A DNA stretch of 64,000 nucleotides, from IMG/VR virus record IMGVR_UViG_3300039405_000004. One strand, written 5' to 3'. How positions within the stretch are numbered: position 1 is the stretch's first letter; each line of letters begins with the position of its first letter. The notes below the pieces were generated by a model. That model ran no database searches and was not told where the DNA came from. It saw only the letters and a list, made by a program, of their open reading frames with translations. Shown one piece after another: positions 46,558 to 55,086 of the stretch. The stretch is from a virus. The position numbers were made by a program, and so were the translations under genes.

Positions 46558-47909
46558 TCCGCAGCCATGAGGACGGGGGCGGTCTCAAGCGCGTCCACCG
46601 CCTCAATGCGACGGCCGATCCAGCGCATGACGTTGCAGGCCATGGAGTTGCCCAGCATCTTGTAGCGGGGGCCGTCCGGCATGATGCCGCGCCGCCAAGG
46701 CACGGCCGTGTAGCCATCCGGGAAGCCCTGAAGGCGCTCGCACTCGGTCGGCGTGAGACGGCGGACGGCCCACCGATCCCAATCCTCAAGGGCGGGGCCG
46801 CCGTTGTGGCCGATGGCTATCGCCTCGGCCTGCGGCAGGGAGGCGCTGAGAGAACCCGCGCGGGCCCACGTGACGTCCGGATCCTGTCGGGCGTTGAAGG
46901 CGATGAACGCCTCGCTCTCGAAGTCCAGCCGGCCGGTCGGACCGCCATGCGCGGTCAAGGCCGGCGCGACTCTGATGGGCCCACGCGTGTCATTGCCGCC
47001 GAACGCGACGGGCAGGAGCGTATCCGTGCAGTCGCTGTCGACGCCCTTGGCACCGTCACGCGCGCGCAATGTCTGTGCGACCGGGATGATCGGCGTGCCC
47101 CGGCCAGTGCCATCTTCACTGGCGTCGAAGCCCTCGCCGCGCAGACTATGCGCCACGAGCTGCCCTGCGGCAGCCTCATCGGGCCCTATGCGCCAGCCTC
47201 CGCCAGGTCCGGTCCCGGCAAGGGCTCCGGCAACGAGGTGTCCGGCTCGCGCGTCGTTGTCATCCGGGCCGCAACCGCCGCCAGAGCCCGCCGCAAGGGT
47301 TCCGGCAACTCGCGCTTCCGTTTCACGGCGCGGCGCAGGATCCCCGCGCAGGCTCGCGCGCTCAAGTAGTACCGCCGCGGGACGTCGCCAGTCTCCAAGA
47401 TATCCGACAACGAACACACGCCGTCGTCTCTGAGCGACAGCCCGTCCAAAGCCGTGAATTCGGACGTACTGAGCGTCCAGCACTCGGTAGGCGAACCCAT
47501 ACCCGAGTTCGACCAAGCCCCCGAGGATGGCACCAAGGTCCCGTCCGCCTCCCGATGACAGAACACCGGGGACGTTCTCCCAAACCACCCACCGGGGGCG
47601 CAGGCGCTTAGCCAAGCGAAGAAATTCGAGCGCCAAGTTACCGCGGTCGTCTGCCAATCCGCCTCGGAGACCTGCGAGGGAGAAGGATTGGCAGGGGGTT
47701 CCGCCAACAAGGAGCTGAATAGGTCCGTACTCGTCCGCGCGGATCGTCGTGAAGTCGCCATGCAACGGCACCTCGGGATAGCGATGGGCTAGAACCGCCC
47801 TCGGATGCTCGGCGAGTTCGGAGAAGAATTGCGGGCGCCAGCCGAACGGGTGCCACGCGACGGTGGCAGCTTCGATGCCAGAGCAGACGGACCCGTAGCG
47901 AAGGCTCAT
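46554..47909 (-). CDS. DNA (cytosine-5) methyltransferase
   Basis: SVCSGIEA, GGTPCQSFS, WENVPG, QRRRRVF, RRLTPTECERLQGFP, YKMLGNSM. Confidence 0.92.
   Translation of the reverse strand: MSLRYGSVCSGIEAATVAWHPFGWRPQFFSELAEHPRAVLAHRYPEVPLHGDFTTIRADEYGPIQLLVGGTPCQSFSLAGLRGGLADDRGNLALEFLRLAKRLRPRWVVWENVPGVLSSGGGRDLGAILGGLVELGYGFAYRVLDAQYVRIHGFGRAVAQRRRRVFVVGYLGDWRRPAAVLLERASLRGDPAPRRETEARVAGTLAAGSGGGCGPDDNDARAGHLVAGALAGTGPGGGWRIGPDEAAAGQLVAHSLRGEGFDASEDGTGRGTPIIPVAQTLRARDGAKGVDSDCTDTLLPVAFGGNDTRGPIRVAPALTAHGGPTGRLDFESEAFIAFNARQDPDVTWARAGSLSASLPQAEAIAIGHNGGPALEDWDRWAVRRLTPTECERLQGFPDGYTAVPWRRGIMPDGPRYKMLGNSMACNVMRWIGRRIEAVDALETAPVLMAAE
47186..47761 (-). CDS. Alternative-frame ORF nested in the C5-MTase (possible beta subunit)
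   Basis: CSLSDILETGDVPRRYYLSARACAGILRRA...LPEPLRRAL is protein-like; precedent is the M.EcoHK31I beta polypeptide. Confidence 0.55.
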   Translation of the reverse strand: MATSRRSARTSTDLFSSLLAEPPANPSPSQVSEADWQTTAVTWRSNFFAWLSACAPGGWFGRTSPVFCHREADGTLVPSSGAWSNSGMGSPTECWTLSTSEFTALDGLSLRDDGVCSLSDILETGDVPRRYYLSARACAGILRRAVKRKRELPEPLRRALAAVAARMTTTREPDTSLPEPLPGPDLAEAGA

Positions 47910-48376
47910 GCCGCCCTCCCCGACGTGTCACGGATCAGCATGTCGTTGGTGGGAAGACGCCAGTCTCGGACAGCCTGACGGACATCCTCAACCGACCGAA
48001 CGACTTTGACGGGGTGCCCTAGATCCTGAAGCGCATCGTGGCGCTTCTCTTGATCCTCGGACGGAACTTCCTTCCGCACGCCCTTCACGATCGGCGGCTT
48101 GACCTCCAGGAACCAAATGCTCGGCGGGAAGTCGGCGGGTCCGATGATGTCGAGATCAGGCCACCCAGCGATGGCGCCCATGCGCTTCTCGCGGCGACCC
48201 TGCTGCATGCTGCGGGGCTTGTTCGGGGTGTGCTTCACCCGCCAGCCATGCGGCAGCGTGGTGCGCAGGTAGTCGAGGATCGCGACGTGGACCGGCGTCT
48301 CCCGATCCACCCTGGCGCGCTTCTTCGCTGCGTCGGCGCGGCGGTGCTGTAGGGCTATGGCAGATGACGCGACCAT
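47906..48376 (-). CDS. VRR-NUC / Holliday-junction resolvase-like nuclease
   Basis: GWPDLDII...FLEVK...SEDQ. Confidence 0.8.
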   Translation of the reverse strand: MVASSAIALQHRRADAAKKRARVDRETPVHVAILDYLRTTLPHGWRVKHTPNKPRSMQQGRREKRMGAIAGWPDLDIIGPADFPPSIWFLEVKPPIVKGVRKEVPSEDQEKRHDALQDLGHPVKVVRSVEDVRQAVRDWRLPTNDMLIRDTSGRAA

Positions 48377-48396
48377 GGGGCCTCGTGCTGTGAGGT

Positions 48397-48630
48397 TCAG
48401 AAGGGCGATTGAGGGACGAGAAGCGGCGCCCCAAATCGGGCGGCTCGCTCAACAAAGGCCGCATACCGATGCGCGCGGCCGTACATCTCAGGCTCGCAGA
48501 CGTATTTCTCGACGGTGCGCCGATTGAAGCCTGTCAGCACAGCGATGCGCCGGACCGGCACATCCTGGCTGTACAGCTCGCGCATACGACGCACGTCGCT
48601 CATCATCATGGGACGAGATGCGCTAGTCAT
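48397..48630 (-). CDS. Small HTH protein
   Basis: VPVRRIAVLTGFNRRTVEKY. Confidence 0.6.
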   Translation of the reverse strand: MTSASRPMMMSDVRRMRELYSQDVPVRRIAVLTGFNRRTVEKYVCEPEMYGRAHRYAAFVERAARFGAPLLVPQSPF

Positions 48631-49019
48631 TGCCCGTCCTTGTCCACCAGACGAGCCACCACGGCAGGGACCTTCCCTGCTCGCGATACCGGACGGCTTG
48701 CGTCCACATCCACGCGTCGAGCCGTGCTCTTAGCCATCGCATGCTCCCCCCTCCCGAGCGCGAAGAACCGCGCTCTCTGAAGATCTGCTTCAGCCTCCCA
48801 GCGCTCGCACTCGCGGGCGTAGCGATCCTGGATGGCTAGGTACGTGTCAGCGTCGAGCCGAACCGGCTGACGGCCCAGGAACTTGCGGACCCAAGATCCG
48901 CTCTCGCCGATCGACCGACCCACGTCGTCGTAGGCGTGCATCTTCGATCCGACGTGCCTAGCGGCGCGCTCGACGAGAGCACTGAGGATCGGGAGGGTGG
49001 CGCTAGCTGCGCTTTGCAT
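48627..49019 (-). CDS. CII-like regulator
   Basis: HTH-like YDDVGRSIGESGSWVRKFL; position. Confidence 0.5.
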   Translation of the reverse strand: MQSAASATLPILSALVERAARHVGSKMHAYDDVGRSIGESGSWVRKFLGRQPVRLDADTYLAIQDRYARECERWEAEADLQRARFFALGRGEHAMAKSTARRVDVDASRPVSRAGKVPAVVARLVDKDGQ

Positions 49020-49298
49020 TGTCCGTTTCCGGCCAAAATCTGTCCGCCACACGACAGGGCTCCATGGTCGATTGCTCGTCGACACGGAGGAGCCGCAGAT
49101 GGCCGGACTCGACAGGAAGGGGGTTACGCGACGTGACTATGGTCACCGCGCATGGACCGGGCTGGACCATGAATGCGCGGTTCGAGAGAGCGGGCGTGCG
49201 TACAGACCCTGCAAGGTCCACGACCGTCCGCATGTGAGCGAGCGTCCGGGCTGCAACCCGGCTGATCGCAAAGAGGATGGAAAGTGATGGCGAAGGGA

Positions 49299-49844
49299 TC
49301 ATTGCGATACCTCCGCCCAGTCGGCAGCCCACAAAAGCTCGGCCGCCGCAATCGGACAGGTAGGCTTGGTGACATTCAATCGATCAAAGATCTTCTGAAC
49401 TTTGCGTATCCCGAAAAGCGCGGTGGAATGATCGCGCTTGCCAACCCGATAGCTGATCTGAGGAAGGCTCAGGAGGGTGTAATTCTTAGCGACCCAGAAG
49501 AGGATCTGCCGCGCCTTGACCTGCTGAGAGAGGCGCCGATGCGAACAGATCTCCAAGACGGTGACACCCGTCACAGCCGAGACGATCGCCGTGAGGCGCT
49601 TCATCGGGAACGCCTTCTGGTCCTCAAAGTCCTCCGGGCGAACGGGCTTCGGAGGGACGAAGCCCTTCTCGCTTACCTTCGGCTCAGACCCAGGCTTCGC
49701 AGCGGGCGCCTTGATCGGGCTTTTCGGCTTGGTAGCAGCCCTCAGATGCGGGCCACGCACCAGGGCAATGTCGACGAGCGGCGCCTTTGGGCGATTGTCG
49801 CCGAAGCTCACGCGGCCGGTCTCAAAGGTGCGAAAGCCAGTCAT
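49299..49844 (-). CDS. Protein with DnaA C-terminal (domain IV)-like HTH
   Basis: KARQI..W.AK..T.LSLPQIS...GKRDHSTAL.GIRKV. Confidence 0.8.
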   Translation of the reverse strand: MTGFRTFETGRVSFGDNRPKAPLVDIALVRGPHLRAATKPKSPIKAPAAKPGSEPKVSEKGFVPPKPVRPEDFEDQKAFPMKRLTAIVSAVTGVTVLEICSHRRLSQQVKARQILFWVAKNYTLLSLPQISYRVGKRDHSTALFGIRKVQKIFDRLNVTKPTCPIAAAELLWAADWAEVSQ

Positions 49845-50078
49845 TCAGCCGATCTCCGCGCCGTTGGCCTCAGTGACAGCACACAGCTCGTCAAGGCGCC
49901 GGGACAGGAGCCGGGCGCGATCGACCGGGATGGCTGTGCTGACGTAGTGCCGGCCGTTGTTGCCGAGCTTGACGACGTAGATGCGCCCGTGAGCGGCGAT
50001 GAAGCGAAGCTGGCCGCCATCCGCCGTTTCCAAGACATGCTTAAACGTCGTGTCGCGCGTGTCAGTGAGAGCGGCCAT
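49845..50078 (-). CDS. Hypothetical protein (77 aa)
   Basis: MAALTDTRD...; its ATG overlaps the stop of a gene restored by re-inverting 50134-51300. Confidence 0.6.
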   Translation of the reverse strand: MAALTDTRDTTFKHVLETADGGQLRFIAAHGRIYVVKLGNNGRHYVSTAIPVDRARLLSRRLDELCAVTEANGAEIG

Positions 50079-50133
50079 CAGAGCGAGCCCCCATGCGAGT
50101 GATGAGGCGCCCAGACGGATCCGCCGATCTCTC

Positions 50134-50384
50134 ACTGGGCGTTCACTGAACGCGCCGGCCGCGAGATGGCTGACCTGTTTATCGCCCGCCTGGTTGACGG
50201 CGACCGGCCCGTTGAGGGTGAGCCGATTAGCTACTGCCGCGATCGGCTGCTCGGCATCAAGGGTTGGGTGTTCCCGCAGGTTCGGGCCAGCCTGATCTTC
50301 CAGGCGTGGAATGCGTGGCGTCGCAATCAGGAAGTGCTCCGCATGAACGTGAATACCCGGGCGCTGCCGAAGCTGGAGCGCTGA
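50134..50384 (+). pseudogene. Displaced 3-prime part of the DGQHR/ParB-like gene
   Basis: Frame reads HWAFTERAGREMADLF...LPKLER and continues the 51982 ORF after re-inversion. Confidence 0.8.
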
Positions 50385-50387
50385 TCG

Positions 50388-51179
50388 ATGCTTCGCGACG
50401 ATTACACAATCCACATCAACGTCGACGGCATCATCATCGGTGATCGTCGCGAGGTCGATCCGAAGACCGTCAAGTACCTCACCGCGTCCATCAAGGAAGT
50501 CGGTCTTCAGCACCCGATCACCGTTCGTAAGGTCGGAGACGATGTCCACCTTGTGGCCGGTCGGCATCGGCTGGAGGCCGTCAAAGCCACAGGAGCCCAG
50601 ACTATCCAAGCCCACGTCGTGCGCTGGTCGAAGGACCGGGCGCGTATGTGGGAAATCTCTGAAAACCTGCACCGCGCAGAGCTTTCTAGGATTGAGCGGG
50701 CCGAGCAGATTGAGGAGTGGCGAGCGCTGAAGGCCAAGGGTGCGCAACTTGCGCACCCTTCTGCCAACGCGCAGCCGCACGATGTTGGCGTCTCGGCTAC
50801 GGCTGAGGAGTTGGGCGTCTCTCGCCGAGAGGTTGAGCGCGCACGCGAAATCGCCTCGATCTCCGATGAGGCCAAAGAAGCCGCGAAGGAGGCTGGCTTC
50901 GCTGAGAAGCAATCGGTCTTGCTCGAAATCGCGGCGCGACCCAACGATGAGCAAGTCGCCGCTGTGGCCGAGATTGCGGCTGCCCGCGCTCTGAAAACCG
51001 AGCAGGACATCAAGAACCGCGCGGCTCAGGATGTCGCGGAATTGTTTGCCACGCATATTCCACCTGACGTGTGGGACATGCTTAAGGCCAGCATCAAGAC
51101 CGCCGACAACGTTAATCTGATCTTGGCGGCGTTCAACAATCTGGTCGGCAATTCGATCATGGACCGGAGGCACGGCTAA
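50388..51179 (+). CDS. ParB-like N-terminal domain protein
   Basis: LTASIKEVGLQHPITVR...LVAGRHRLEA...EISENLHRAELS. Confidence 0.85.
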   Translation: MLRDDYTIHINVDGIIIGDRREVDPKTVKYLTASIKEVGLQHPITVRKVGDDVHLVAGRHRLEAVKATGAQTIQAHVVRWSKDRARMWEISENLHRAELSRIERAEQIEEWRALKAKGAQLAHPSANAQPHDVGVSATAEELGVSRREVERAREIASISDEAKEAAKEAGFAEKQSVLLEIAARPNDEQVAAVAEIAAARALKTEQDIKNRAAQDVAELFATHIPPDVWDMLKASIKTADNVNLILAAFNNLVGNSIMDRRHG

Positions 51180-51306
51180 ATGCTGCGCCTCTCCCACCAA
51201 ATCCGGCCCATGTCGGCCGGTAGCAGCGCCGAGGTGTTCTGGACCGGGGCTATCCCGATCGAGCCTCTGAGCCTGCGCACAGCCCAGGCGGGTCATGCCC
51301 GAGAGA
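51180..51306 (+). pseudogene. 5-prime part of a 58 aa ORF broken by the inversion
   Basis: MLRLSHQ...AGHARE continues as IGGSVWAPHHSHGGSL* on the minus strand left of 50128. Confidence 0.7.
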
Positions 51307-51982
51307 ACGCCAGAACCGTGCGCGACGCGACGAGCTTGGTCCGCTTGCGCTTGCAGAACTCAATACTCTCGGGGATGCCGTCGTAGTGCTCGGCGGCGTC
51401 GACCACCTGCGTTTTGGTCGGGCGCTGATTGCTCGCGTTCGCGAGGCGACCGTGCGTCTTCCACTGCCAGATCAGATTGGCGACGGTGGAGACGGCGTTG
51501 CTGTCTGCGACACCCTCCATCGCAAGGACGTTGGCCGCCGAGCGGGACAGACCGAGGTTAATCGTCTTGACCGCCTCGTCCTTAATGCCGAAGACGATGA
51601 CGACTTCGGCCGGGATGCCGGTGGCGACAATCATCTCGCAACGGTGCTGCCCGTCACCGAGCACGCCGCTCTCGGTCACGCTCAGGCTCTCACCGTTGAA
51701 CTGGAAGCGGCCACCGCTGTTCTCGCGCACCAACGTGTTGATGTGCGACTTCGCCTTCGGCCGATTGTGCGTGTTGCTCTCCAGCAGAAGCTCAGCAAGC
51801 ACGGGGGTCAGCGTCACGATCTCGACAGACCGCCCGCCCGCAACCTTCTCAGCAAGCCAGCGCTTCATCCTCAGGCGTTCGCGCCGCAGAGCCTCAGTTT
51901 TAACCGCAGCGCTCGGCATCTTGTCGGGGTCAACCTCGGCAATTGCCTTGTCGATTGCCCTGCTCAGGTCTACGTTCAACAT
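51301..51982 (-). pseudogene. 5-prime part of a DGQHR-motif (ParB/DndB superfamily) protein gene
   Basis: NRPK...NGESL...LGDGQHR; ends prematurely at the inversion breakpoint. Confidence 0.8.
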
Positions 51983-51995
51983 AGCTTCACCCACT

Positions 51996-52029
51996 GGGCG
52001 CGCCGCTTCGCCGGCCGCGCCCTTTTTTT
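51996..52029 (+). terminator. Intrinsic terminator facing + strand (antisense to the early-right operon)
   Basis: GGGCGCG...TTCG...GCGCCC hairpin followed by T7. Confidence 0.65.
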
Positions 52030-52244
52030 GTCCCGCCGCATCCGCGGTCGGGTCGAAGCTCAGGGTGGAAAGCTCGGGGAGCGAGATCGGCCGGCGACGA
52101 TCACTCACAGCGCGTACCTCACGGCACCGCAGAGGATCAGGATGGCAGCGCCAGGAATGACCGGGCTGTCGATGTGGCGCCAACGGCAAACACACCAGAC
52201 AGAGGCAATGGCCGTCGCCGCCAGTTGAGCCTTGAGGATCAGCA

Positions 52245-52823
52245 TCATGCCGAAGCCCTCTGCTGCTGCTGCGCCGCAATCTCTAGGCGCAGCTTTTCTG
52301 CGGTTGGACTGGACATGAAGAGAGCGACAGCTTGCTCATGAACCGAGCGACGCCGTGCGCGAAAATCGTCTGTTGGGTTCTTCCAGCAGTCACGCCCGAA
52401 TTCTCTGCTGATAGCTCGACCCGCGGCGAGCGCGGCAAGCTGCTCAAGCTTCCATGCGGGGTCGCTCCACACAGATCGCATCGAGGCCTGCCGCAGCGTC
52501 TTCGTGCGGACCTTGCGCTCTTCGGAGCTGTGAAACGTCAGAGAGGACCAATCTGGGATCTTATCGACGCCCTTGCCGCTCTGTTCGACAAAGAAACGGC
52601 GAAAGCGGCCATCAATCTGAAACCACTCAGAGGCGAGGCGGTACTCTTCAAACCTCCCGTGAAGCGCGCGCTCGTCGGCATACGTGCCCGGCCAAATCGC
52701 GATGAGGCGCGTCAGAACCGGGCTATGCGTGCGCACTGTGGCGAGACGCTGATGCGGGTCACGGGCACAGCCGATTTTGGCTACGCCGTTCTGAGCCTCA
52801 ATGATGTAGACGTAGCTACTCAT
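52245..52823 (-). CDS. GIY-YIG-like (T5orf172) nuclease
   Basis: YVYIIE...KIG.A.DP.QRL...E..LH.RF...R..SEWF. Confidence 0.8.
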   Translation of the reverse strand: MSSYVYIIEAQNGVAKIGCARDPHQRLATVRTHSPVLTRLIAIWPGTYADERALHGRFEEYRLASEWFQIDGRFRRFFVEQSGKGVDKIPDWSSLTFHSSEERKVRTKTLRQASMRSVWSDPAWKLEQLAALAAGRAISREFGRDCWKNPTDDFRARRRSVHEQAVALFMSSPTAEKLRLEIAAQQQQRASA

Positions 52824-53065
52824 GCCGCAGCTCCCGTCGACTGCGCCGAACGGACAGGCTGCGGCGCATGAGCCGCCACGAGCGTTTCGTAGGTCACGCC
52901 CGCTATGCGCTTGGTTTCGGCATGCTCAATCAGCGCCTGCCAGTAGGCGACCGGGATGGACCGGCGCCGACGCATGAGTGTGGTGTGCTCGACAGGCTTG
53001 CCGACGATCCTGCCGACAGCGGCAGGGCCTCCGAGAGCGTCGAAAATGGCTAGCACGGGGTCCAT
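52820..53065 (-). CDS. cro: Cro-like repressor
   Basis: IFDALGGPAAVGRIVG...RRRRSIPVAYW; divergent from cI. Confidence 0.75.
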   Translation of the reverse strand: MDPVLAIFDALGGPAAVGRIVGKPVEHTTLMRRRRSIPVAYWQALIEHAETKRIAGVTYETLVAAHAPQPVRSAQSTGAAA

Positions 53066-53074
53066 GGCTATAAC

Positions 53075-53116
53075 CGATACACCACGTATCGGCTGGGCGC
53101 AATACGCCCCGTATCG
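53075..53116. promoter_or_regulatory. OR operators, C(G/A)ATAC-N5-GTATCG
   Basis: CGATAC-ACCAC-GTATCG (53075-53091) and CAATAC-GCCCC-GTATCG (53100-53116). Confidence 0.8.
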
Positions 53117-53123
53117 CAATTCT

Positions 53124-53765
53124 ATGCATGACGGCGGAATGGATACGCCTGCCAGCAGATTGAAGGCCGCCCGCGAGCGCGCCGGCTATCGGAATGCTAA
53201 AGTCGCAGCAGATGCGCTCGGCATGAAAGAAGCCGGCTATCGGCACCACGAAAACGGCACTCGCGACTACACCTACCGGTCAGCGCAGAAGTACGCCAAG
53301 GCGTTCAAGACCACCGCCGAATGGCTGATGGATGGCGAGCGCGAAGAAGAGGACCTAGGGCCGCAGCAGGCGCGTGAGGCCGTTCTGCTATCGTGGGTAG
53401 GCGCGGGCCAGCTCGGGCCAGTCGCACCTATAGAGAGCATTGAAGCCGTCGGCCGTATAGCGGTCGATCGTCTTCCGCCCGGCGACTGGGTCGCGCTCCA
53501 GGTCGAAGGCTCGTCTATGGATCGGATCGCTGTCGACGGCAGCACGATCATTGTCAACCGTCGCGACAAGCGGCTGGTGAGCGGCAAATTCTACGTGTTC
53601 ATCGCCAAGGACGGCGAGGCGACGTTCAAGCGCTACCGCGCCAATCCTGCGCGATACGCGCCATATTCGACCGACCCCGACGAGGAGCCCATCTACCCCG
53701 AGCTTGAGCCTGAGCGTGATTGGCAGGTGTTTGGGCGCGTGCATCGAGTGCTGACAGACATTTAG
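53124..53765 (+). CDS. cI: CI-like repressor (HTH + S24 peptidase)
   Basis: RLKAARERAG...HENG.R; VGAG cleavage site; VEGSSMD; TFKRY. Confidence 0.9.
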   Translation: MHDGGMDTPASRLKAARERAGYRNAKVAADALGMKEAGYRHHENGTRDYTYRSAQKYAKAFKTTAEWLMDGEREEEDLGPQQAREAVLLSWVGAGQLGPVAPIESIEAVGRIAVDRLPPGDWVALQVEGSSMDRIAVDGSTIIVNRRDKRLVSGKFYVFIAKDGEATFKRYRANPARYAPYSTDPDEEPIYPELEPERDWQVFGRVHRVLTDI

Positions 53766-53816
53766 AGGTTGCAGACGGCCGCGACGTATCGGCCTCGCAC
53801 ACTTTTTTCCGAGGTG

Positions 53817-53859
53817 CGATACAAACCGTATTGACCGACGCCGATACGCCCCGTATTGT
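53817..53859 (+). promoter_or_regulatory. PL promoter with two OL operators
   Basis: CGATAC-N5-GTATTG at 53817 and 53842; TTGACC-N17-TATTGT. Confidence 0.75.
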
Positions 53860-53996
53860 CCTGACATCAGCCGCCGCCCTGGAGCGCCGCGATGTCCGCC
53901 GATCACCTCATCATCCTCTGTGCATTCGCCCCGGTCTACGTGGGCGCTCTCGCCTGGCTTTCGTGCCGGATCGGCTTCGGGATCGGAGCCTGAGCC

Positions 53997-54257
53997 ATGC
54001 GCGCCTACTTCGACGTTGCACCCTACGCTGTCGACGAGTTCGGCAACGGCTATGCAGTGTTCAAGGGTATCTTCCGTCTGACGGATGCCTTCGACTGCGA
54101 GGGCGACGCATACGGGCATGCTCACGCTTTCCTTGATGAGGATGAGGCTCAGGCGGAGATCGACGCCGCTGAGCAAGCTGAGCTTGAGGCCGAACGGTAC
54201 GCCATCGATGCAATCGGCAAGGCGCCAACCATCTCTCACATTGCGAAGGCTGCCTGA
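53997..54257 (+). CDS. Acidic hypothetical protein
   Basis: GGAG RBS. Confidence 0.6.
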   Translation: MRAYFDVAPYAVDEFGNGYAVFKGIFRLTDAFDCEGDAYGHAHAFLDEDEAQAEIDAAEQAELEAERYAIDAIGKAPTISHIAKAA

Positions 54258-54259
54258 CA

Positions 54260-55084
54260 ATGGCCAAAACCCGCACCAAGCCTACGAAGGCGGCTTCTCC
54301 AGTTGTGCCCAATCAGGCGGATGAGCCGTTCATCACCTCGTACAAGGGCTTCAATCGCGACCTGACGTGCCGCGGTTTCAAGTTTGAGATCGGCAAGACC
54401 TATACCGTCGAGGGCAAGGTTGAGGCGTGCAGCAACGGTTTCCATGCCTGCGAGCACCCGCTCAACTGCTTCGACTACTACGCCCCGGCTACGTCGCGGT
54501 TCTTTGAGGTTCGTCAGTCTGGCGAACTCGCCCGGCACGCTGCCGACACGAAGGTCGCTTCCGCCAAGATCACGCTCGGCGTTGAGCTTTCTATCGGCGA
54601 TATGGTCGCCCGTGCGGTGAAGTGGGTGTTTGATCAGGCGAAGCCTGAGAACACTGAGCACGCCACCGGGGACCAGGGTGCCGCGTCCGCCACCGGGCAC
54701 CGGGGTGCCGCGTCCGCCACCGGGGACCAGGGTGCCGCGTCCGCCACCGGGTACCGGGGTGCCGCGTCCGCCACCGGGTACCAGGGTGCCGCGTCCGCCA
54801 CCGGGTACCGGGGTGCCGCGTCCGCCACCGGGGACCAGGGTGCCGCGTCCGCCACCGGGGACCAGGGTGCCGCGTCCGCCACCGGGAAGCATAGTGTTGC
54901 CTGCGCCCTTGGCGAGGATGGATCCGCTTCGGCCGACGAGACCGGCGCAATCGTCATCGTCAATCGCGATCCGTTCAGCGGTGCCATCCGGCGGATTTTT
55001 GCATCGAAGGTCGGCGAGAACGGCATCAAGGCTGGCGTCTTCTACCGCCTGTCGGATGACGGCCTGCCCGTCGAGGCTGCCTAG
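54260..55084 (+). CDS. Phage protein with GAASATGxx nonapeptide repeats
   Basis: YKGFNRDL.CRGF.FE.G...GFHACEHPL..F.YY, followed by the repeats. Confidence 0.85.
   Translation: MAKTRTKPTKAASPVVPNQADEPFITSYKGFNRDLTCRGFKFEIGKTYTVEGKVEACSNGFHACEHPLNCFDYYAPATSRFFEVRQSGELARHAADTKVASAKITLGVELSIGDMVARAVKWVFDQAKPENTEHATGDQGAASATGHRGAASATGDQGAASATGYRGAASATGYQGAASATGYRGAASATGDQGAASATGDQGAASATGKHSVACALGEDGSASADETGAIVIVNRDPFSGAIRRIFASKVGENGIKAGVFYRLSDDGLPVEAA
54662..54886 (+). repeat. 27 bp coding tandem repeat, 8 full units plus a partial
   Basis: GCCACCGGG-NNNNNN-GGTGCCGCGTCC. Confidence 0.95.
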
Positions 55085-55086
55085 CC

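Larger units (their letters stand above)
50128..51306. other. Inverted segment bounded by TCTCTC / GAGAGA
   Basis: Reverting it joins VLAF to SHWAF and restores a second ORF ending in TGATG coupling. Confidence 0.85.

Noticed and set aside
50388-51179. ParB as evidence of a plasmid-prophage partition system
   Set aside because: No ParA or parS array was seen; ParB-like domains are common in phage early operons
49845-51296. 483 aa minus-strand ORF in the ORF track
   Set aside because: Mostly the antisense shadow of the inverted ParB segment; only the last 77 codons look like a real gene
54662-54886. 27 bp repeat array as CRISPR or DGR variable region
   Set aside because: Units are contiguous and in-frame coding with only 6 variable nt; there are no spacers or cas genes, no reverse transcriptase, and the variation is not adenine-specific
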